The notes under the pieces: generated by a model | The model's database searches: none | Told to the model about the DNA's origin: nothing | The model's input: only the letters and a program-made list of their open reading frames with translations | In this document: one piece after another, positions 13,608 through 24,927 of the stretch | Position numbering within the stretch: position 1 is the stretch's first letter | Layout of the letters: each line of letters starts with the position of its first letter | Program-made: the position numbers and the translations under genes | Assembly: GCF_041146345.1 (NCBI RefSeq) | Contig: NW_027191405.1 | Span: 1,922,001 to 1,986,000, forward strand | DNA length: 64,000 nt | From: Neodothiora populina | Lineage: Eukaryota | Direction of reading: 5' to 3'

Positions 13608-15222
13608 ATGTCGGAGAAGCAAAAGGTAAAGCCATCCTTTTTCGTATCTTCATCTATCTGTGTCTTTACAATTGGCTTCGTGGTTCGGCTTGCTGGAGCT
13701 TCGACTGTTGCATTCCACATGCACGCTCCTCATGAATGAGTCAATTGGCCTCGAACAAGGTCAATGGCTCTCAGATGCCTGCTGCGAACGTCTATATGAG
13801 CTCTGTGGAGCTTGGTGATAGCTCCATGTTGATCATATATGAACAATTGTCTTGTCGTCCATTGGAGCCAACGTCCATTGAAGCCAACGCGTTCTGAACA
13901 AGCCACAAAGAAAAAACTAACGCGTCCTCTGCTCTCAGGTCTGTCTCGCGTACTCTGGTGGTCTCGACACCAGCTGTATCCTGCGATACCTCATCGACCA
14001 GGGCTATGGAGTCATCTGCTTCATGGCAGACGTCGGCCAGGAGGAGGACTTTGAGGCTGCCAAGGAAAAGGCACTCAAGATTGGTGCTGAGAAGTGCTAC
14101 ATTGAGGACTTGAGGAAGGAATTCATCGAGGAGCTCTGCTGGCCCGCTGTCCAGTGCAATGCCATCTACGAGAACGTCTACCTTCTCGGTAAGTTTTGTT
14201 GATATCTCATCCATGATCGAACAGGACTTATCAGTCCAACAGGTACCTCTCTTGCTCGTCCCGTCATTGCCCGTGCCCAGATCGAGGTTGCCCAGAAGGA
14301 GGGCTGCTTCGCCGTCTCCCACGGATGCACTGGCAAGGGTAACGACCAGGTCCGTTTCGAGCTTGCATTCTATGCTCTGCAGCCCACGATCAAGGTCATT
14401 GCCCCATGGCGTGAACCCGTCTTCTACAACCGCTTCAAGGGTCGCCAGGATCTCCTCGACTACGCCGAGCAGAGCGGCATCCCCGTCACCAGCACCAAGA
14501 GCAAGCCCTGGTCCATGGACGAGAACCTTGCCCACTGCTCCTACGAGGCCGGCATCCTCGAGGACCCCAACATCACCCCTCCCCAGGACATGTGGAAGCT
14601 CACCGTCGACCCTGCCAGCGCCCCCGATGCTCCCGAGGACTTCACTCTCCACTTCAAGGAGGGTATCCCCGTCAAGCTCGAGTACGACGGAGGCAAGAAG
14701 AGCGAGACCGACGCCACCAAGATCTTCCTCGCCGTCAACGCCATCGCCCGCCGTCACGGTGTCGGCCGTATCGACATTGTCGAGAACCGCTTCATCGGTC
14801 TCAAGTCTCGTGGCTGCTACGAGACTCCTGGTCTCACTTGCCTGAGAATGGCCCACATTGATCTCGAGGGTCTCGTCATGGACCGTGAAGTCCGCGCTCT
14901 CCGTGACCAGTTCCTGACCTTCAACTACGCCAAGATCCTCTACAACGGTCTTTACTTCTCCCCCGAAGCCCGCTTCCTCCTGCAGTGCGTCAAGGCATCC
15001 CAGGACGTCGTCAACGGTGCCGTCCGTGGTCGCTGCTACAAGGGCCAGTACTCTGTCCTCGGCCGCTGGTCCGACACGGAGAAGCTGTACGACATGAGCG
15101 AGTCTTCCATGGACGAGATTGGTGACTTCAAGCCCGAGGACACCACCGGCTTCATCTCCGTCCAGGCCATCCGCCTCAAGAAGTACGGTCGCAAGATGGC
15201 CGAGACCGGCGAGAGGATGTAA
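13608..15222 (+). CDS. ARG1: Argininosuccinate synthase; exons 13608-13625, 13939-14188, 14243-15222
   Basis: [20 protein letters not shown]-loop, [41 protein letters not shown]; strong codon bias. Confidence 0.97.
13725..13848 (+). ncRNA. Candidate intronic H/ACA-like snoRNA in ARG1 intron 1
   Basis: Two hairpins, the second with an internal pocket followed by ACA (13843-13845) about 15 nt below the upper stem. No canonical H box at the expected position. Confidence 0.35.
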
Positions 15223-15643
15223 AAAGCTGCAAGCACCTCGGGATACCAAACCCGCCGCTTGCCTTGCTCTTTCTCCGAATGTCGTTAAAACCCACCTCTT
15301 CCTGTTCTTGATACCTTTCTTATTCTCGCTGTTTGAATATTCCGGAGGTCCGGAGGTCAGCCACCATTCAGATCTGTTCTGTGGGCTAGACCGCACACTT
15401 ACGTGCATGTTCCGGAGGTCCGGAGGCTTTCTCTTCTTGCTGCTTCTGTGCAAGCAAGGAAGAAGATGAGATAACAAGAGCCGCACACTTACGAATAACC
15501 CACAAAAATCCACACATACACATAGACGTTATAAGTACACCAGATGAATGGAAAACGAGTCTGATGTCTGAAGTTTGTTTAGTGTTATGAATGTGATGAC
15601 CTGGACCCCATAAAGGAGAGCAAGTGCCCAGTGACTCGATCAC

Positions 15644-17440
15644 TCATCTGAGATCGACGGCCCATTCATCGACTCTTTCCAGATAATCCTTGACGCGTTC
15701 AGCACACCTCGCGCACTCGGCCCCGTCCACGACGCGATGATCAGCGCTCCAACTGAAGATGCACTCTTCCCGCGCCACAAGCCTGAGTTTTTTGTTTTCT
15801 CTTCTGTTCCCCTCCACCCCGACAACACCATTACTGACCCACTCTCCTATCCCTTCGTCATAATCGTCTTCCTCCCCCGGTACCACAAAAGCAGGCACAA
15901 TCCTGCCCCTACCCACCCCCAGAATCCCCACCTGAGGCGCAACAACAACAGGACTGACCACTCCCCCACCACCCACAGCGCCGACATTACTGATCGTGAA
16001 TGTAGCCCCTTGCAATTCCGACGCTGTTAATCTCCCCGCGCGGGCCTTTTTCGTGAGAGTCTTTATTGCGATGGCGATTTCGAGGACGCTGAGGGCTGAG
16101 AGGTTGTTTATCACCGGCACGACGAGGCCCGTGGGCGTGTCGATCGCTATGCCGAAGTTGTGGGCCGAGTGTTGGACGAGGGTTGGTTTGGTATTCGTGT
16201 CTGACGCAGGGATTTGGAGAGAAGAGTTTAGAAGCGGGTGGTGTGTGAAGGCTTTGCTTACTGCTTTCAGGATAAAGGGGAGGGGTGTCAGCTTTGAATC
16301 GTCGTCTTCCTCTCCTTCGTTGCTGTCTTGCGACTTCTTTGTCAGAGAAGCAGAAGAGGAAGAGACGCGACGTTTGTTGAGTTTCTTACGGAGCTTCGTC
16401 AGAGGTGTCAGGTTCACGGGGGTGGTATAGAGGAAGTGAGGAATCGAGAGGGATGCCGTCATGGTCTTGAACATCGCTGACTGGTTCGGCGTCAATGGGA
16501 TTTCTCTGCTGCTCGGGACAGACAGAGGTGGAGATGTCAGCCCTGTTATGTCGCTATCTGCTGTCGTCGCCGCTGCTAAGTGGCGATGGACGTCTTCTTT
16601 TAGCACTCGACCTTCCTTGTCGCTGCCTTGAATGTCGTTCAAGTCGAGCCTATGCTCTCGTAGCAAAGACCGCACTGCTGGCGTGGCGAGCATCTGCTTG
16701 CTCGAGCCGGCCGCAGGAGTGCCGTCTCCTTGCTTCTCTTGTCCAGGAGCACTCCTGCCTAGCGGTCCGTGGATTTCTTCCCCTTCTGTGCCGCCTTCGG
16801 CCACTTGCTCCGAAATCTCCATCGATGTTGACGTCTGAGTCTCTGTGCCACCTCCAGACTCGTAGGCTGGACTGACCGAAGGCTTTTCACCCGCATGATC
16901 GCCAATCCCCACGACTTTGGCTTCGTCGTCAGGACGGATCTCGCTCTGGATGTCGATCAGCAGGAGCGGCTTCCCGACTATCGCCATATCATCTGCTTCG
17001 TAGTGAAGCTCTTTGATGACACCATCGAAGGGAGATGTAATCTACTGATTCGCCATATGATCAGTTTTCTTCTTTTTGTCTGACAGGATCTACTGACTTC
17101 AACAGCTGCCTTGTCCGACTGCACTTCACAGATCTTGTCGAACTGCTCGACACGAGCTCCTGGCTGTACAAACCACTGGATGATTTGACATTCCCGGATG
17201 CCTTTTCCTGTTGTCAGATCTTATCGGTCTACTATTGTTTCGCGCGGGTTCTCAGACAGTGAACTAACCTTCTCCAATATCCGCAAGTAAGAACGGCTTC
17301 ACCACATCTTTTCGTCTCGTTGAATGGAAAAGACGCGCAGCAGCATGTCGTCGACCTGAGGCTGACATGGAACATGTCTTGTTCAGATGCACATGTAGCG
17401 TGGTCGACACTAATCTTCGCAATCTGACATGATTCGCCAT
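15644..17440 (-). CDS. Dihydrolipoamide acyltransferase (E2) of branched-chain alpha-keto acid dehydrogenase, mitochondrial; exons 17440-17269, 17201-17098, 17041-15644
   Basis: Lipoyl domain [52 protein letters not shown]; E3-binding LATPAVR..GRVLKEDV; catalytic WSADHRVVDGA; Arg-rich presequence. Confidence 0.93.
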
Positions 17441-18238
17441 GTTTCTGTAACCTCGGCCGACTGGTTCGCTGGAACAAACAAACAAAGAGACACCAGACTA
17501 TCTACAGTACGCTTTCTGAGAAAAAGTGAGTGCAGATCGAGGCACCCTTGCAGGTATATAAATGCGAGACCGATCCTCTTTTTCTCATAGACGCAAATAT
17601 GCAGGCGCTGGTAAAGTGACCTTTGCCTTTGCCTGTGTACAATGGTGATAGCGGACACATACAACGTGGGGATGCGGGGGAAGGGGGTGCGGGGGACTTT
17701 CAAGGCCGATGGTAGCCGTTGTTTTGTTTTAGAACAATGAGGTAGGTAAAATGCGATGCATACCTCTGTACCTACCTTACCTGACTCTAGGCATCATCAG
17801 CAACTCGAGTCCTTCGGGAAGGTGACAGTAATGGTGACATGCTCCTATTCGATGCGATCAAGACCGTTTCAAAGCCGAGACGATATCTGCGCTGACCGCT
17901 CATCCATCTGAAGCACGAAGTACTCAGATCCAGGAAAAGATATGCAAACCATCCTCCTTGAAGAAACTCGGCATCAGCATGTTTCACAACAGCTATTGAT
18001 CATGTCCTTCCTGGAGCTGTATGACGTTCCTGTAGATCTCTGATGCTGCTGCTCGATGCAAGATACAGCGCCACTACCACAGTTCGGTGTACTTAGGAGG
18101 GTTTAAGCGAATAGCAAGGCTTATGTTCGATCATTAATCTGGAAGATCTTTGAAACCCTGGCTGTTTGATCACCAAGCTATTTGTAGTCCAGGCCTTGAT
18201 GCTCCCATTGCCTATATAACATCCATGGACGGTAATGA

Positions 18239-20844
18239 ATGTACGACATTCAATTCGGAATAAAAGCTAACATCAACGGAGTTGGGGGGCGAAAGTACTC
18301 CGGCTGCGGGATTGCGTTACCCCGTGCTCGTACTAGAGCATCTCGCTTACCTCAAAAAGGTATCCATGAACGGAATGAACATGAAAATGTAAATCTGTCA
18401 TGCTCTCGCAACTTCGATACATCCATTGCGATACACCATAGCACACACGGAAAGATACCTCACATCAGGGCTGGTCGAAGATATAAGGTGAACAGGTTCG
18501 TAGGTATCATAGTTGCCGCTACGAACTCCGTCGATACACTGCATGTAGTGAGGATATCACTACTAATTCAAACTAAGCCCTCGAGATATTGGTCCAGCAC
18601 CAACACGACAGCTGGTCCGCGCCGACGGAATGGCAAGGAAGCATCATGTGAGCCCTGTCGTAAGGGCAAGCTACGATGTGATCATACTCGCCCTGTGTGC
18701 GACCGTTGCAGTCGTCGCGGCATAGAGTTGCGGTGCTATTATCATCCAGCTCCGCTGAGTAAATCCCGGACTGAGTCACCTAGCTTGCGATACCAAAGTA
18801 TTGTAGGACCTGTGTCGTCTAAGCCTGACGCAAGTCTGGTCGCCTCGACTAGTAATGCCGCAGGCAACACTCTAGATGCACTTTTGCGATCTCCTACAGA
18901 GCCCGACTCGAATGTCTCCGGGATTCATATACCTACCGTCCGTGTGGATTGTGAGACAGACCCTGATGAGCATACGGACGCCACAATAGACCTTCTTCGT
19001 CATCTACGACACATCCTGTTGATCGATAGGCTGTTGCAAGAATACTATGCTGTCACCAAAGCTGCCCTGATTCCTGGCCAACTCATCTACCCCGCTGTCG
19101 TTACTATACACACGTGTCTGTCAAGTTTTCCAGAGGATAAGAACGAAAAAGAAGACTTCTTCTTGCAGCTTGCGAAAAGCGTATTGCATTCTACCTCGAC
19201 GGACATCGATACCTCATCCTTGGTTAATGCTTCTATATTTCGTGCCGCCCATACCGGAGAGAAGCTGCGAATTGAGATCGTCGGCATCATCTATGCTGTC
19301 GCAGCACGCGCGTGTTTGCAAGGATTCGCCTCGCATGAGCACGACCGGGATGACTTTGTGCGAGTGATGCTCAAATGCAGCACGGAATGTCTGCGACTCG
19401 CTCGTGACATAGCCCCTCGAATCAATGATGCGATAGTCTGGTTGGGATACGAACACCTTCTGCTTACCATCATCATGCAAGGAGAAACAAGTGAGTCCGT
19501 ATCGGATTGTCAATCTACATAGAATGATTCGTGCTGATCGTTACTGTGCTTTTTGCAGACTCGCTCGTCTGGCGTCGACTTGGAGATCTAGCCACCGATG
19601 TCTATGCCATAGCGATGAATCACGACCCTGAAGATATTCCTGGGATACCGTTCTTTCTTGCCGAGTGTCGAAGAAAGACATTCGCTGCAGTGTATCAACT
19701 AGACAAACACATTGCCACAGTCTTTGATCGACCACCTCGACTGTCTAGACATCACTCCAATTCCAGGATGCCACTCGATGTTTCAAATGAAGAACTGCTT
19801 GTAGATGTCATCAATCGAGAAGACATGCAGTTCAGGCTTGACAGTGAAGGCTGGAACAAAGATGGACAGTATTCAAGTGCGACGTGGGTGAGACTTCGTT
19901 ATATACTTGGCATGTTCCGTGAGGAGATACTTGAGTATCCGTTCTTGCCAGCAACGATGAGGAATGGTGCCGACCTGAGGTAAGAATGATATCAAGTCCA
20001 CAGCGCTGTATGGAAATCTCTGACTGATCTAGGGATCTGTCAAAGCGATGTCACACGACCTGGGAATCTCTACCCGCCCATTTGTGCTATACACCTGGAT
20101 TCTGGGAGTCCGGAATCCCACCCGCGGTATGCCTCATGCTGACCATAGTACACCTGTCATACTTGCAAGTTGACTTTCAGATTTATCGTATGCTCGGGAA
20201 GAGTGAGAGGGAGCCCTTGCCACAATTACTTGAGTTTTCCGCAGAAATACTTGCAACACTACTGCAGCTGGGCAGATCTCGCGACAAGGCTGTGTTCTTG
20301 CATCAGGACTTTTCGTATTTGGTAAGTGTCGCATCTCCAGAACTTCAATCCACCACAGAAAGTTAATGTCTGCCAGATGCTCGGTTTCGGCCTGCCGAGC
20401 GCCATCGTCCTTGCAACGGCACTTCAGGCAAACAACATGGTCGGTGGACAACAAGTTCTTCCCAGTTGCGTGAGTCGCTCGACCTTGATACGGAATCTCT
20501 CCGTATTCATCTTCCATTTGGAGAGCTTCGGTAGTCATGGTGAGATGAATTACTCCATCTGCGCGAAAGCATCAAAGGTGATATCCCGTGTGCTAGATGG
20601 AGTACTAGACTCGCCTAATTTAGCCAGCGCACACTCGAGTGATCCGCACTCATCATTTGATATACACGAAGACACATCTACGGCAGTAATTCCTCCTGCT
20701 GAACCCTTGTCGCCCGATGGGGGCAGCATAGGTGCGGTGGATCTCCCAATTCTAGACGATGAAGGACTAGATGAGTTCAATCTGCCGGACTGGGTAAGCC
20801 AGATTGACTGGACGGGTACAAGTGGCCAATGGAGCACCTTTTGA
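18239..20844 (+). CDS. Zn(II)2Cys6 transcription factor with fungal-specific TF domain (3 introns near 19491-19558, 19980-20032, 20322-20376); start codon uncertain
   Basis: RRRNGKEASCEPCRKGKLRCDHTRPVCDRCSRRGIELRCYY; middle homology region WRRLGDLATDVYA..ECRRKTFAAVYQLDKHIATVFDRPPRL; acidic C-terminus. Confidence 0.85.
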
Positions 20845-21553
20845 GAGTGCGCCTGGCCCAGGGAGCGTTCTGCTGACAGTCCAACCATGCCGGCGAAGTT
20901 TCAATCCTTGGACGTTTTCACACTTGCCTTACTCCACATCGGGTTGTGTGGATACACGACCTGCATGGTAGCAACACCGACTCTTGACTATATAGTGTGC
21001 CATCGATGTTCGTGTCGCAGCCCGCTTGTTTGGACCGCTCTGGATGTGTTGAAGGGGATCAGACTCTCAGATTATCTGATGCGTCTCCTTTGCCGCCAAG
21101 GTATTCATGCTTAGATGTTGTGTAACCATGCAGTATGCTCGGAGGGCCAAATGCAAGATCGCCTGCGGGGATTATCACTATTTTCACGATCCACGATACT
21201 TGATCTTTCCACAAAGCTAGATAGGTGTCAAATACGGCCGAAGTAAAATGAATTGGTAGAATGACGCTCATGGTGGATCATCCTCGCTGAACACGGCACC
21301 AGAAACTCCACGTTGTTTCACGACCGGCACGCGTGACTGCCACAATTAGACGACACGGTGGAACAATCAGACCTCGCCCCGATTCATATCCGGATTCGCA
21401 TCATATCCAACGTCCTGACTTGTCCTTGCACATGGTCCGCGTCAATTCACAGATTTCTCGTTTCTTGACATGTCTCACTCCAAAATAGAGAGTTCGAGGA
21501 ATCAACCTTTTCTGCTTATGTTCTCCACCTGACCAAAGAAGACTACCGAGGCT

Positions 21554-23006
21554 ATGAGTAAAGCCTTCTTCGATGGATGGCAGCTCTGGGAAAAGATGGT
21601 ATTTGTAGGTTCGCTGCCTCGTTCCCCGACGAATTGTTGCTAACGTGCGCAGGTACTCGCATGTTGCATTGTAAGCCCGGAATCACAACGAAATTTGCTC
21701 AGACCGATCTAATGAAGCTCATCTGCAGGTGGCGACTATCATGGCCGGCTGCGTCAAGCTCGTGTACGACCACCATCGTGTGCGACAACATGCCGAATGC
21801 CCGACGGCTGCACACAGCCTCACGAAAGATAAAAGTATCATTCGCAGCCTGTCTCGAAAAACGGCCAAAAACACGACGAGGGAGAAACGAGTCATGATGA
21901 TAGACGATGGTGTCGAAATACCATTCGGGATCCGGGCCATCGAGCGCGGTGTCGAAGTGGATGGAGTGTGGATCTCACGTAGCACTACTCCAGTACTACC
22001 ATCTAGTCGCAGCATCCCTTCCAACTTCCTTTACGGCGCCTTCCCCAACAGCCCGTCCCTGGACTTATCTGCTTCCGCCCGGTCGTTACCGTCGAAGTAT
22101 CCATCGCATAAGAAAGTGGGTGCGCAAGACGAGTCCCCACCAAGGGTTGCACCAGGCAGTGATGGAATGTCGTCGGGTGTGACGGCTCGGCTAGAAACGG
22201 CTCGTTATCCACCCCACTCGTACGGACGCTATGAGAAGATGAGATATGTGCGTAGACGGCGCGCGTCGACCTCATCAGAAGACTTGTCGCAGCCCACGGT
22301 ATACTCTAGCCATGGTAGATTCGTCAGAAGGGAAGACGAGGAAGACCCATGTGTTATGCTAATCGAATCGACAGCTACTAGCAACAGAAGACGCATAAGT
22401 AGCATTGATACATGCCGGCAGAAGAACAGCACGTCGAGTGACGACGATGAATGTCTATACCAAGCTGAACTCCGACGAGGGCGCCGTGCTATGGATCAGC
22501 CAACCTCGGACGTGCCACAAGCGCACAGACGGTCACACGCGGCGGAAACAGGTCAGCTCGTGCCGAGAAGCCGTACTTGTATGGACGAGCAGAGGACAGA
22601 AATGATGAGCTGTAATGAATCCAATGAGGCAAGAATGTCGATCGGATCACACATTTCAAGCACATGAGACCCTTTTGTCACGCCTACGAAAGCTGTAGGA
22701 GAGACCAGGCACACTAGCAATGAGCAGAAGATGAAGAGAGGGCTGAGACCGTACGAGAGTCCTCGACAAGCGCGAAGCCTCTCAGCAAGTAGCAGGATGG
22801 AGTCGAAGATACTCCGGGAGGTGAACGCTGGGTTCTTGGTGCTGCAGCCTGGCACATTGGATGCGGAAACGCTGGCAGTAGAGGAACGACGACGAAGCCA
22901 TTCGGCGAGGGCAGCGACCGAAGGCATTGAGCAGGGACGATCACGAAGGTTGCAAAAGAAACGACGGCCCAGCCAAGAGTCGTCTAGATCAGACACGGGT
23001 GGGTAA
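21554..23006 (+). pseudogene. Fungal single-TM hypothetical protein interrupted by an in-frame TGA at 22665-22667 (truncated CDS or recoded gene); exons 21554-21604, 21653-21670, 21729 onward
   Basis: MSKAFFDGWQLWEKMVF/VLACCI/VATIMAGCVKLVYD, motif EIPFGIRAIERGVEVDGVWISRSTTP. The same frame continues past the TGA with DPFVTP...ILREVNAGFLVLQPGTL...RRLQKKRRPS. Confidence 0.6.
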
Positions 23007-23724
23007 GTGAGCACGAAAGAGCAGGGCTGTCGCCGGACCGGAACACATGGCTGGTGTCAGGATGGTCTGTCTCGACATGGGGGATTGAGGAGACAGCTGA
23101 GACTACGCATACAGTAATTACCCGGGTGCTCAATTGATGATGAAGGAGGGGTGGTGTGCCATTAAGAGTGAAAATCGAAGTTGGAGGTTGCAATTGACTC
23201 ACAGACTGATGGCATGATGTAGGGCTAAATATAGAGAGTGGGGAGAGTGGCATCTACGGGACGGTGACGGAGACCCAGTATCATGGACCTTTGGGATCTC
23301 TGGCACTGGCACTGGCACCTTGAGGTGGGTTGAGGAAGCGAAAGAGCAGCGTATGTTGTGGCTAAATTTGTGGTTGCGGTTCAGGGTCCATTGTTTCAAG
23401 GTTCAGGTCCCGGTCAAGGTCAAAGCGCGGATGGGTGATCCGGTCGAGTATGGCCCGACACGGCACTCACTTGCGCAGCATGTGAAGACTGAGATAAATA
23501 CTTGGAGCAGATGAACAATCATGATGAACAATCAGGATGAACACTGCGATAGCATGTACTTGTAGGGCAGAGTTGACTAAGGTACCTAATGCACAAACCC
23601 GGGCTAATTCATCAATTACACTTGAAGGGTAATTGGACGCGAATCGTCAATGTTTTCCGCAGGCGACGAAGGTCTGTCACCAAAGAACCCTGGAAGCTTA
23701 CCTTACCTCGAAAGTCCCGGTAAA

Positions 23725-23740
23725 CCTAAGGTACCTTAGG
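23725..23740. repeat. Perfect 16-bp palindrome CCTAAGGTACCTTAGG, member of a dispersed TAAGGTA/TACCTTA motif family
   Basis: Read directly; related copies at 8491, 38143, 38489, 40081, 45088 and others. Confidence 0.8.
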
Positions 23741-24239
23741 GTACTGTGGTTTTCAGGTGTAGTAGGAAGATGCAGATGTGATGCAAAGGCATACGCGTCG
23801 TCAGTTTTGGTTTCTGTTCTCTCGTGAACTTTGAGCCAGGTATACGATAATACTTGTGCAGCACAGTAAGGTAAGGTATAGTACGATAGCACTGTTCCTC
23901 TGCGGCTTCTCAATCGCGTGCTCTTGTCTTTTGTTTTCTTCTAAACAAAATCAACAACCCAGTCCAGGCGAATGACGAATACTTGGTATTGGCCATCTGC
24001 GACCTGATCTTTCTCCCAGGCTGAAACATCAATTTTTGATTTTCAATCTCAATCTCATCAATTTCATCTCACTCTCGTCTCGTCCCAACCCATCTCGTCT
24101 CCGCCGAAGCTCGTCTCAACAACCTGCTGGAGGTGCATCAATAGACTCGACAGACAAGAAAACTCGCATTCGCTTTCCGTCCAGTCTTTCAGATATTTAG
24201 ATATTCATTTGATCCGACATTTCCTGCCGTCAACCGAAT

Positions 24240-24241
<2 letters not shown>

Positions 24242-24270
<29 letters not shown>
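24242..24270 (+). repeat. (CAG)n microsatellite upstream of CCH1; (CTGTCA)n repeat at about 24429-24464
   Basis: Read directly. Confidence 0.9.
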
Positions 24271-24273
<3 letters not shown>

Positions 24274-24927
24274 GAGCAGCCTCGTATAAATAATCTCCGA
24301 CGCACGTCCAGTGTGTTCTATTCCTTGTTGTTTCCGGCCCTGTGGTGATTATTGCGAGCAGCTGGTCTGTGTCTGTCTCTGCTATTATTGCTGTTCACTA
24401 CTGTCGCTATCGCCGTTGGACGGTTCACTCTGTCACTGTCACTGTCATTGTCACTGTCACTGTCTGTTGCTTGCCTGCTGCACAACATCTCGCATTAATA
24501 TACCTGGTCAGCACATTGTACTGCACCGCACTGCACTGCACCATCTCTTACTGTCAGCCGTTCACGGATTATTGCAACTTCTACCACTGCTGCTTGCATA
24601 CTATTACTGCCATCTGTACTTGTGCAGTTCGGTCCAGTCTCGACGCAATTAATCATCGATACCAACATCAGCATCAGCATCTGCATTAGCCACACATACA
24701 TTAAAACATTGACAATCCATCATCATCCACGACTCGACGATAAGCCACGAAACACGAAACACGGGAATACGCACACGACACGACACATATACGCAAAGAC
24801 GTAGACACAAACATAGAACACCAATGTCATCTTCGACGACGACAGATTGACTGCTGTTGCTGCGATAGGACTTTTTCTTCTGATCATCGCCGGACGCGAA
24901 CCTGTCCAGAGCACCAAACAAGAGACC

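Noticed and set aside
13792..15513. 573-aa antisense ORF over ARG1
   Set aside because: Codon-bias shadow of a highly expressed gene; non-ATG start and no motifs.
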